From assembly GCA_963789955.1 (NCBI GenBank), contig CAWBMV010000004.1, forward strand, positions 1 through 44,146: a stretch of 44,146 nt of DNA, in the 5' to 3' direction. Positions 1 to 8,346 of the stretch are shown here, one piece after another; position 1 is the stretch's first letter; the number at the start of each line of letters is the position of its first letter. This DNA comes from an uncultured Candidatus Rokubacteria bacterium (lineage in GTDB: Bacteria > Methylomirabilota > Methylomirabilia > Rokubacteriales > CSP1-6). The notes beneath the pieces were generated by a model that was not told the origin of the DNA, searched no databases, and saw only the letters and a program-made list of their open reading frames with translations. The position numbers and the translations under genes are program-made.

Positions 1-66
1 CGGCGTTTGGGCGGACGCGATCGCTGTGGCGAGTGCCAGGAAGACGAGGCCGAGGACGACTCTCAT
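1..66 (-). CDS. N-terminus of a secreted/periplasmic protein (runs off window)
   Basis: Reverse strand reads AAGGAG-cagcc-ATG then MRVVLGLVFLALATAIASAQTP, a signal-peptide-like sequence; directly downstream of the CoA transferase gene. Confidence 0.6.
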   Translation of the reverse strand, partial: MRVVLGLVFLALATAIASAQTP

Positions 67-105
67 GGCTGCTCCTTTCAGTGTGCGACCAGCGGATGAT
101 AGCGC

Positions 106-1293
106 CTAGATCGCGCCGTCAGCCCGAAGCTTCGCGATGTCGTCCTTCGAGTAGCCGAGGCTCGCCAGCACCTCGTCGGTGTGCTGGCCCAGCCGCGGCG
201 GCGGGGTCTCGATGCTCGGGCCGCCCTCGGCGAATTTGAACGCGGCCAGCGGCACGGTGACGGGGCCCTCGATACCCTCGATCTTCTCGTGGCGGTGCAG
301 CACGCGCCGGCTCGCGAGCTGGGAATCTTGAAGACACTCCGAGAGGCGTCGCACGCGCCCGGCCGGGACATGGCGGCTCTGGAGGTATTGCTCCCACTCG
401 TCGGCGGTCCGCTGCTCGATGATCTTCTGAAGCTCTTCGGTCTGCGTCTCGTAGAGCTCCTCGCGCTCGTCGTGGCTCGACTGGGCGGCGATGTCCTCAC
501 GGCCGACCGCGCGGAACAGTCGCTCGTGCTGGCCGCGGTTGCCGGCCGCGATCATCAGCGGCGCGTCCTTGGCCTCGTAGAGCTGGCTGCTGGCGCGGTC
601 CATCCGGTTGCCCTTGGGCTTGGGCTCGTGGCCCGTGCGCATGTAGGACGTGATGTGTGAGCCCATCAGCATCAGCGACACGTCGAGCATCGAGCTGTCG
701 ATGTACTGGCCGCGTCCCGTGCGCTCGCGCTGGAAGAGCGCGGACGAGATCGCGAACGCGCACATCGTCCCGGTGGCGTAGTCGATGACGGGTGCGCCGG
801 TCTTGATCGGGTTCACGTCGGGTGTCCCGGTCATCGCCATCATGCCGGAGGTGGCCTGGATCAGCTGATCGTAGGCCGTCTGCACGCCGCGCGGGCCGTC
901 CTGGCCGAACGCGGTCATCGAGCAGTAGATCAGACGCGGGTTGATCGGCCACAGATCGTCGTAGCCGAGCCCGAGGGCGGGGAACGCGCCCGAGCGCCAG
1001 TTCTCGACGAGGACGTCGGCGTCCTGCACGAGCTTCTTCAAGATCTCGCGCCCCTTCTCGGTTTTCAGATTCAGCGTGATCGCGCGCTTGTTCGAGGCCT
1101 GGGTGAGGAAGCCCGTGCCCATCTGCTGCCGGTTGAGGGTGCGATCGCCGCCCGTATCGCGGCTCTGATCGTAGTCGGTGGGGTGCTCGACCTTGATGAC
1201 GTCGGCCCCCAGCAGGGCCATCTGGTAGGCCGCGAACGGCCCGGCGAGCACGTGGGTGATATCGATGATCTTGATCCCCTCGTATGGCCTCAT
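106..1293 (-). CDS. CaiB/BaiF (family III) CoA transferase
   Basis: GIKIIDITHVLAGPFAAYQMALLGADVIKVEHP, ASNKRAITLNLK, ADVLVENWR, C-terminal PPPRLGQHTDEVL; GGAGG RBS. Confidence 0.93.
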   Translation of the reverse strand: MRPYEGIKIIDITHVLAGPFAAYQMALLGADVIKVEHPTDYDQSRDTGGDRTLNRQQMGTGFLTQASNKRAITLNLKTEKGREILKKLVQDADVLVENWRSGAFPALGLGYDDLWPINPRLIYCSMTAFGQDGPRGVQTAYDQLIQATSGMMAMTGTPDVNPIKTGAPVIDYATGTMCAFAISSALFQRERTGRGQYIDSSMLDVSLMLMGSHITSYMRTGHEPKPKGNRMDRASSQLYEAKDAPLMIAAGNRGQHERLFRAVGREDIAAQSSHDEREELYETQTEELQKIIEQRTADEWEQYLQSRHVPAGRVRRLSECLQDSQLASRRVLHRHEKIEGIEGPVTVPLAAFKFAEGGPSIETPPPRLGQHTDEVLASLGYSKDDIAKLRADGAI

Positions 1294-1345
1294 GGATCCT
1301 CCCCCCGCGTTAGTTGGGCTATTCTACGCGGCGGGAGGACTCACG

Positions 1346-2188
1346 ATGCGCCGGATCACCGTGCTGAGCCCGTTAGGGGTCAACCGGGTCGGATCGCAGC
1401 CGATCGCGCCGCGTCTTCGCTCGCTCGACGGCGTCACACTGGGCATTCTCAACAACAGCAAGCCCAACTCGCTCGAGCTCCAGCAGCGCGTGGTCGAGCT
1501 GATCGGCCAGCGTCACGCGGTGACCGGCGCCGTTACGAAGCAGAAGCCGAGCGCGGCGATCGGCGCCGAGGGGCTCGACGCCTACGCGAAGGAGGTCGGC
1601 GCGGTCATCAGCGCGATCGGCGACTGAGGCTCGTGCACGTCGTGGTGTATCCACGACTCGGTCGAGCTGGAGCGGAAGGGCGTCGCCACGGTGACCATCT
1701 GCACCGAAGCGTTCATCGGGCTGGCGCGCGAGGAGTCGAAGAATCTCGGCATACCCGATCTGCCGCTGGCCATCATCAAGCACCCGATCGGCGGTGAGTC
1801 GCTCGCGGTCATCCGTCAGCGTGCGGAAGACGCGCTCGCACAGGTGATTCGTGACCTGACGGGCGAGGTGGCGAGCCGAGGAGCCGCCGCCGCGGCGAGC
1901 ACGGGAGCGACGGCGCCCGAGTCCTTCACGTTCGCCGACGAGGATGAAGCGCTGGAGACCTTTCACACGCGGCGGCTCACCGATGGCCTGCCGTTCGTGT
2001 TGCCGACCGCCGAGCGGGTCCGCGCGATGATCGCGGGCTCCGGCCGGCGGGCCGGCGAGGTCATCGCCGTCGTGCCGCCTCGCTGGGCCGAGGCCACCGT
2101 GGAGAACATCGCGGTCGGAAGATCGAGACGCCGCGCTAGACTTTCAGCACCTCGGCGCCCGGCGCCGCCTCCAGCTCGCAGGCGTTGA
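1346..2188 (+). CDS. UGSC-motif (seleno)protein, TGA 1625-1627 read as Sec, fused to a truncated second domain
   Basis: GGAGG RBS, ATG 1346; ORFs 1256-1627 and 1691-2188 are in the same frame, separated only by one TGA giving AIGD-U-GSCTSWCIHD (UxxC); N-terminal LNNSKPNS motif; downstream SECIS-like hairpin. Confidence 0.85.
1639..1657 (+). promoter_or_regulatory. Candidate bacterial SECIS element
   Basis: Perfect 7-bp stem GTCGTGG/CCACGAC with loop TGTAT (GU near loop start), beginning 11 nt after the TGA. Confidence 0.75.
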
Positions 2189-2681
2189 CCGTCATCGCGA
2201 GCATGCTGTAGTAGCCGATCGCACCCGTGAGCTGGATGAAGCCGTCGTTGCCGAAGCGGCCGATCAGCGCCTTCACGGTGGCCTCGTCGACCCGATGCTT
2301 TCTCATCAGCTGGCGCGTGAAGTCGATGATCTGCGCGTCCTCCGCCGGAACGCCGCGGCTGTGGTTCTCACGGATCGCGGTGATCGTCGTCTCCGGCACG
2401 CCGAGCCGCCGCGCGCCGCCGGTCTGCGCGCCCCACACGTACACGGCCTCCAGCTCGCGCGCCACCGTCATCGCGGCCAGCACGCGCACGCGCATGTCCA
2501 GCGAGCCCTCGAACCGCACATAGGCGCCCAGGTGCGCGAGGCGGGCGGCCAGCTCGGGCGAGTGCAGGAACATCGTGAACGGCCCCTGCAGCGCGCCGCG
2601 GCTCGCGACGATCGAGTCGACGATCGGCTGATCCTTCGCGGCAACCTGGCTCTTGTCGGTAATCGATGTCAGCCTTGCCAT
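2136..2681 (-). CDS. Carboxymuconolactone decarboxylase (CMD/AhpD-like) family protein
   Basis: GPFTMFLHSPELA..LGAYVRF, YVWGAQ, IGYYSMLAMTVNA pattern; GGAGG RBS. Confidence 0.8.
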   Translation of the reverse strand: MARLTSITDKSQVAAKDQPIVDSIVASRGALQGPFTMFLHSPELAARLAHLGAYVRFEGSLDMRVRVLAAMTVARELEAVYVWGAQTGGARRLGVPETTITAIRENHSRGVPAEDAQIIDFTRQLMRKHRVDEATVKALIGRFGNDGFIQLTGAIGYYSMLAMTVNACELEAAPGAEVLKV

Positions 2682-2699
2682 GACGTCCTCCTCCGGCGC

Positions 2700-5072
2700 T
2701 CAGTCGAGCGTGAATCCAGCGTCTCGTAGCAACGTGTAGACCCGGTGCGGCGTAAGGACCGGGCTCGTGATGTCGAGCCGCCCCTCGAACGCGTCCGCGA
2801 CGGCGTTGGCGATCGCCGCGGTCGGCGGTCCGGTCGCGCCCTCGCCGACGCCGCGCACTCCGAGCGGATTGTGGTCGGTCGCGAACTGCAGATGCTCCAT
2901 CACGAGCGGCGGCATGTCATCCGCCCGCGGGATCGGGTAGTCCATCAGCGTGTTCGTCAGGAGCTGGCCGTCGTCGTCGTGAACGACGTGCTCGCCGAGG
3001 ACGACGCCGAGGCCTTGGGCGAAGCCGCCGACGATCTGACCGTCGACGATCACCGGATGAAGTTGGCGGCCGCAGTCGTGCACGATCGCGTAACGGAGGA
3101 TGACGACGCGGCCGGTCTCCACGTCCACCTCCACGACAGCGGCGTGGACGCCGCTCGACCACGTCACCGTGGGCGGCGAGTAGAACTTCGTGGCCCAGAG
3201 CCCGGGGCCGCCGAGCTCGACGAGGCCCCGGTCGCTCAGGGCCACGCGGGCGACCTGGGCGAGCGGAATCGCGCGTTCGGGCGTGCCGACCACGAACGCG
3301 CGGCCGTCTTCGATCCGTACGTCGTCGGGTGCGCACTCGAGGAGGCGTGAGGCGACGCGACACGCCTTCACCTTCACGTCCGCGGCCGCGACGGCGACGG
3401 CGTTGCCCGTGTTCACCGCGACCCGGCTGGCTCCGGTTCCGTAGCCGTACGGGACCAGGGTCGTGTCCCCGCCGCGGACCCGAATATCGTCGAACGCCGC
3501 GCCGAGATACTCGGCGCACACTTGCGCGAAGACCGTCTCGTGGCCCTGGCCCGAGCCCGAGACGCCGATGAGCACGTCGACGTGGCCGCGATCGTCGACC
3601 GTCACCGTCGCCCATTCGCCGGGCCGGACGCTCCCGCCCGCTTCGAGATATCCGGCGATGCCCAGGCCGATCCGTCGGCCATCCGCGCGCAGGTCGGCCT
3701 GGCGCTTGCGCCAGCCGGCGTAGTCGAGGAGATCGAGCACGCGCCGCAGCTCGAGCGGATAGTCGCCGCCGTCGTAGCTCACGGGCACGCCGTCGCGGTA
3801 TACGAGGCCGGGACGATACGGCATCTCCGCCGGCGCGATCTGGTTTCTCGCCCGGACCTCGGCGGGATCGAGGCCGAGCTTCGCCGCGAGCCGGTCGAGC
3901 AGCCGCTCGACGACCAGGATCGCTTCGGGCCGCCCGGCACCGCGATAGGGCGCGCTCGGCGTCTTGTTGGTGACGACCGCGAACCCCTCGGCGCGAAACG
4001 CCGGCACCTTGTACTGAGAGGGCAAATGATTGATCGTGTTCGTCGGCTCGTGCACCGAGAAGTAATGATAGGCGCCGACGTCCTTCACGATGCGGACGTC
4101 GAGGCCGAGCACGCGCCCCGCGTGCGTCGCCGCGAGCCGCGCGTGATGCGCTTGCTGCCGCGCCTGGTGAGAGCTCGATAGAAACTCGGTGCGCGTCTGG
4201 ATCCATTTGACGGGCCGGCCGAGATGATGCGCGAGGAGCGGAACGAGCACGTCCTCCGGATAGATCCCCTCCTTCGGGCCGAACCCGCCGCCGGTGTCGG
4301 GTGCGATGACCCGCACGCTCTCGGCCGGCAGTCCAAGTCGCGCCGCGACGACGCTGCGCAGGTGATAGGGCGCCTGGTGCGCCGCCCACACCGTGATGCT
4401 GCTCGTGACCGGATCGAACGCCGCGCAAAGGCCACGCGTCTCGATCGCCATTGAGGTCACGCGCCCGTGGCTTGGATGGTCCTCGACGATCACGTCGGCG
4501 TCGGCGAAGGCGCGGTCGATGTCGCCGATGACCTTGACGATATGACCGACGACGTTGCTCGCGCCGTCGTGAACCGGCGGCGAGGCCGCGGTCATCGCCA
4601 CTTCCGCGTCCACGACGGCGGGCCACGGCTCGTACTCGACCCGGATCAGCTCGGCCGCGTCGGCCGCCACGTACGGATCGGGGCCGATCACCGCGGCGAT
4701 CGGCTCGCCGACGTAGCGCACTTCGCCGCGCGCGAGCGGCGGCTGCGCGCGCGGCGTGTCCAGGCGGACATAGGGGTTGGTCCGATCCGCGCGCGCGGCG
4801 GGTAGGGGCTCGGCCAGACCGGGCAGATCGTCGGCGAGGAAGACGTCGACACCGGGCAGGTCGCGCGCCGCCGCTGTGTCGACCACGACGATTCGCGCCC
4901 GAGCGTGGATGGACCGGACAACGGCCAGGTGGACGAGGCTCGGCGGAGCGATGTCGTCGATGAACCGGCCGCGGCCCGTGATGAGTCGTTCATCCTCTTT
5001 GCGCCGAGGGGATTGACCGATCACGGCGTGCTGCCGCGCCTTTGCCGCCGTGCGTCGAGGTTCGCGATTCAT
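2700..5072 (-). CDS. Xanthine dehydrogenase/CoxL-family molybdopterin-binding subunit
   Basis: IGQSPRRKEDERLITGRGRFIDD, DTGGGFGPK, PYRGAGRPEA, GQGHET, GVRGVGEG; start MNREP at 5072 with GGAGG RBS. Confidence 0.92.
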   Translation of the reverse strand: MNREPRRTAAKARQHAVIGQSPRRKEDERLITGRGRFIDDIAPPSLVHLAVVRSIHARARIVVVDTAAARDLPGVDVFLADDLPGLAEPLPAARADRTNPYVRLDTPRAQPPLARGEVRYVGEPIAAVIGPDPYVAADAAELIRVEYEPWPAVVDAEVAMTAASPPVHDGASNVVGHIVKVIGDIDRAFADADVIVEDHPSHGRVTSMAIETRGLCAAFDPVTSSITVWAAHQAPYHLRSVVAARLGLPAESVRVIAPDTGGGFGPKEGIYPEDVLVPLLAHHLGRPVKWIQTRTEFLSSSHQARQQAHHARLAATHAGRVLGLDVRIVKDVGAYHYFSVHEPTNTINHLPSQYKVPAFRAEGFAVVTNKTPSAPYRGAGRPEAILVVERLLDRLAAKLGLDPAEVRARNQIAPAEMPYRPGLVYRDGVPVSYDGGDYPLELRRVLDLLDYAGWRKRQADLRADGRRIGLGIAGYLEAGGSVRPGEWATVTVDDRGHVDVLIGVSGSGQGHETVFAQVCAEYLGAAFDDIRVRGGDTTLVPYGYGTGASRVAVNTGNAVAVAAADVKVKACRVASRLLECAPDDVRIEDGRAFVVGTPERAIPLAQVARVALSDRGLVELGGPGLWATKFYSPPTVTWSSGVHAAVVEVDVETGRVVILRYAIVHDCGRQLHPVIVDGQIVGGFAQGLGVVLGEHVVHDDDGQLLTNTLMDYPIPRADDMPPLVMEHLQFATDHNPLGVRGVGEGATGPPTAAIANAVADAFEGRLDITSPVLTPHRVYTLLRDAGFTLD

Positions 5073-5333
5073 ACGCCTCCGATCCTTGGGAGCGAAACAC
5101 GATGTTATACCGTGTCCCGCGTCTCTGTGACGCCGTCTCACGATTGCGAAAAGCGATCGGGATCGTCGCCGGGAACCGCGGATCCGGGGCGACCGTTTAC
5201 TCAACTGTTCTCGCCTGATCGTTACTCGAAACTCACTTGAATCCTCGAGGGAGGAGGTGTTCCCTAGAACGACGCTCCGAGTGGGAAGTCGGTGGACGCG
5301 GGAAGTCACACTCGTTCCGCAAGGGAGGACGCC

Positions 5334-5924
5334 ATGCGTTGGGACAAGCTGATCAAAGCCCTGTTGCTCGCTACGCTCGCCGTGTTCTCAGCTGGCTACG
5401 CCTACGCCGAGGATTTCGTGGCACACGTGGATGGGTTCCAGGAGATTGGAGCGCTGGCCGGCCCAACCGGCGCGATCCTATCCAACGGGAGCGCGACCCT
5501 GCATCTCAGCCTCGACCGCAAGGCCGGCATGGCGACGTTTACCCTGACCTACTCGGACGTGGGCACCACGGCGCCGATGACCGGCACCGTGACGCAGGCG
5601 CACATCCATTTCGGCAAACGGCATGTGGCCGGCGGGATCTTGGTGTTCTTCTGCACGAACCTGGGTAATGGCCCCGCCGGGACACCGACATGTCCGGCGA
5701 ATTCCGGGACTGTGACCGGGACGATCACGGCCGCGAGCGTCGTCGGCATCGCCACACAGAACGTCAAGGCTGGCGATTTCGACGCGCTCGTCGACGCGCT
5801 GGAGTCGAACACCGCCTACGCCAACATTCATACGACGGCCCTCGGGGCAGGCGAGATTCGCGGACAGATCCGCAGGGATCGTCGCGATCGCCACGACCAC
5901 GACGGCAAGGATCACGACAGGTAG
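5334..5924 (+). CDS. Secreted CHRD-domain protein
   Basis: Signal peptide; AHIHFG, AYANIHT...GEIRGQI CHRD motifs; GGGAGG RBS before ATG 5334. Confidence 0.85.
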   Translation: MRWDKLIKALLLATLAVFSAGYAYAEDFVAHVDGFQEIGALAGPTGAILSNGSATLHLSLDRKAGMATFTLTYSDVGTTAPMTGTVTQAHIHFGKRHVAGGILVFFCTNLGNGPAGTPTCPANSGTVTGTITAASVVGIATQNVKAGDFDALVDALESNTAYANIHTTALGAGEIRGQIRRDRRDRHDHDGKDHDR

Positions 5925-5942
5925 GAAATAGCGCGGGCGCCA

Positions 5943-5966
5943 GCCGGGGCTCCCGCCAGCCCCGGC
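5943..5966. terminator. GC-rich hairpin between convergent genes (possible terminator/stabiliser)
   Basis: GCCGGGGCT-cccgcc-AGCCCCGGC 9-bp stem just after CHRD stop; no U-tract. Confidence 0.35.
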
Positions 5967-6059
5967 CGGCCTACCCTCACATCGCCTCGAGCTCCGCAGG
6001 CGCCCCTTCGCAGTCGACCTGCTCGGAAACTTTGAAACACTCTGCGATCTATGCGGGCT

Positions 6060-6557
6060 CTAGTCATCGGATGACGCGCCCTTGAAGAAGGCCGGCCAGA
6101 ACTTTGCCGGCGCGGCGTTGTCTCGGCGACGCAGGAGCGTCACGCCGTCGAAACCGTGGGCAGCGCGGTACGCGAAACTATAGAAGGCAACGACGTTCGT
6201 GGGGAGCGACTTGCCGTTGAACGCGATGTCGAGCAGGAGATGCATGGCGGCTCCGCCGAGATATCCCCACACAAGCGGCCACCCCATCCACCATGCGGCG
6301 GCCGTCACCAGCGCGAAGAGCTCCCAGGAGTGCAGCGCCAGCACCACGTGCTTTGCGCGACCCTCCAGGTAGTAGCGGAGGAAGGCCGCCGGGCGGAGAT
6401 CCCGCTGCCGGTCGAAGAGCACGTAATCGACCGCATGATCGACGTCGATGAAAAATCCACCAAGCGCCACGGCGGCGGCGAGCGGGGGCGATCTGAACAG
6501 GATCGCCGTGACTGCGCTCGCGACTACGGTGGTTGCCGCGTGCTCGCCAGGACTCAT
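6060..6557 (-). CDS. Membrane protein, possible metal-dependent hydrolase (YdjM-like)
   Basis: Hydrophobic helices with EH, DVDH, LHSWE, HLLLD His/Asp motifs. Confidence 0.55.
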   Translation of the reverse strand: MSPGEHAATTVVASAVTAILFRSPPLAAAVALGGFFIDVDHAVDYVLFDRQRDLRPAAFLRYYLEGRAKHVVLALHSWELFALVTAAAWWMGWPLVWGYLGGAAMHLLLDIAFNGKSLPTNVVAFYSFAYRAAHGFDGVTLLRRRDNAAPAKFWPAFFKGASSDD

Positions 6558-6633
6558 CCGATTGATTCTACAGGGCTCCCTGGCAGAACGAGTGAGATGG
6601 CGACCCTCACGCGATGATCTCGCGCCGCGTCCT

Positions 6634-8124
6634 CTATGACCTTGCTGCCACTCGGATCGTGTTGTAGATGGTCGCGACCCGGCTGCGGAAGGCGCCGAGC
6701 AACACCAGGACGTAAATGACGGCGCCGGTCGAGGCCAGCAGGGCGAGCCGTGCCGCCGGGGGCGAAGCAGTCGGCAGACTCGCTCGGACGAGCAGAATGG
6801 CGCTGCCCATGGCGAGGCAGGCGACGAGCGCCGGCTGGAGCGCGGACAGGTAGGCGGCCGGGCGCAGCTCGAGGATACGGCTCACCAGAACGACCTTCAG
6901 AAGGACGATCAGCGGAAAGCCGAACACCCAGGCCCATGCCACCCCGGGCGCACCCCAGTTGAGACCGACGTAGAAGCACGTCGGCAGGAACACCAGCGAG
7001 AGGAGGTTGATCCACATGTTGACGCGCAAGTGGCCCGTCCAGAGCAGCACATGGGAGATCAGCATCTGGCTGGTGCTGCAGGCGATGTAGAGGCAGAGGA
7101 TCCGCAACGGGACGATGGCGCCCTCCCATTGGGGCCCTAGGGCGAGTCGCACGAAATCGTCGGCGGTCAACCCGAGGCCGACAGAGGCCGGGAGCGTGAG
7201 GTACGAGACCGCCTCGGTGAGCATCAGAAAATAACGGCGCAGCGCCGGTGGGCTGTCTTGCACGGAGGAGAAGATTCCCGGGACCACCCTGCTCACCATC
7301 GATGTGACTTCGGCCTCCGGCAGCGCTGCGAAGCTCTTGGCGGAATTGAAGATACCCAGCGCATCCTTGCCGAGGACCCGACCGATGAGCGTCGAGTCGA
7401 GCGACGAGTAGCCGTACCAGGCGATCCGCGACACGGTCACTTGCCAACCCGCCACGAGAACGCCCGAAATGGAACCCAACCCAGACGGCCAGAGCAGACG
7501 GAACGGCCTCAGAGCGACGAGCACCATCGTTATGACACAACTGCTGACGAGCGTGTTGAGCACCAGCGACCAGTAGCCCAGGGACAATGTTGCGGCGCCG
7601 ACGAGGACGAGGGCGCCGATCGTGACCTGCAGGCCATGCAGCCAGGCCAGCGTCCGGAACTCGAGGTCTCGCTGCAGCAGCGCCCGCGGCAACACCTGGA
7701 TCGAATCAAGGAGGAAGGTCAAGCTCAACGCCACGATGACCCCGGCCACGGCCGGCTCGCGGAAGTAGAGAGCCATAGGTCTCGACAGGACGGCGAACAA
7801 GACCGTCAAGAGCGCACCGAGGCTGAGCGCCGAGGTCGCGACGCTCGCTAACTCGTCTTTACTCAGCGTCCGGTTCTGGACGACGACGGTTTGCAGCCCC
7901 AGGTCTCCGATCAGCTGGGCCAGCCCGATTGGAATCGAGGCCATGGCCACGAGACCGAAGTCGCTAGGGGTCAGGATTCGAACCACATACAGCATCGACG
8001 TCAAGCTGAGAGCCTTGGCGGCCCAACGAAAGACCACGGTCCAGGTGATGCCAGAAACGAGTAATCGATCGAAGCGGCGAACGTCGAGGGGGATGCTTTC
8101 CTCACCAGGGTCGATCGGGGGCAT
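6634..8124 (-). CDS. Wzx-type polysaccharide/oligosaccharide flippase (PST family)
   Basis: RILTPSDFGLVAMA, DLGL, PRALLQRDLEFR, LIGRVLGKDALGIF; many TM helices; probable start MPPID at 8124. Confidence 0.88.
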   Translation of the reverse strand: MPPIDPGEESIPLDVRRFDRLLVSGITWTVVFRWAAKALSLTSMLYVVRILTPSDFGLVAMASIPIGLAQLIGDLGLQTVVVQNRTLSKDELASVATSALSLGALLTVLFAVLSRPMALYFREPAVAGVIVALSLTFLLDSIQVLPRALLQRDLEFRTLAWLHGLQVTIGALVLVGAATLSLGYWSLVLNTLVSSCVITMVLVALRPFRLLWPSGLGSISGVLVAGWQVTVSRIAWYGYSSLDSTLIGRVLGKDALGIFNSAKSFAALPEAEVTSMVSRVVPGIFSSVQDSPPALRRYFLMLTEAVSYLTLPASVGLGLTADDFVRLALGPQWEGAIVPLRILCLYIACSTSQMLISHVLLWTGHLRVNMWINLLSLVFLPTCFYVGLNWGAPGVAWAWVFGFPLIVLLKVVLVSRILELRPAAYLSALQPALVACLAMGSAILLVRASLPTASPPAARLALLASTGAVIYVLVLLGAFRSRVATIYNTIRVAARS

Positions 8125-8346
8125 TGCCGGAGGATACCAGCCGGCGCGCCCGGTGCCGGAATCGTCACGATCTCCAGCTAGATTCCGCTCCGACAGCGCT
8201 GGCGCTCTAGCCCCCCACATCCAGGCGCGCTAGAATCTCGCTATGCGTTGAGGGCTGGGACCGACGCCCGGGCTCCCCGATTGGAGATGATCCGCCAAAC
8301 TCACTCGCCAGCGAATGACGGTATGAAAACGACGGGTCCGCGGGAT

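Noticed and set aside
5126..5142. CRP/FNR-like site TGTGA..TCACG
   Set aside because: Spacer is 7 nt rather than 6
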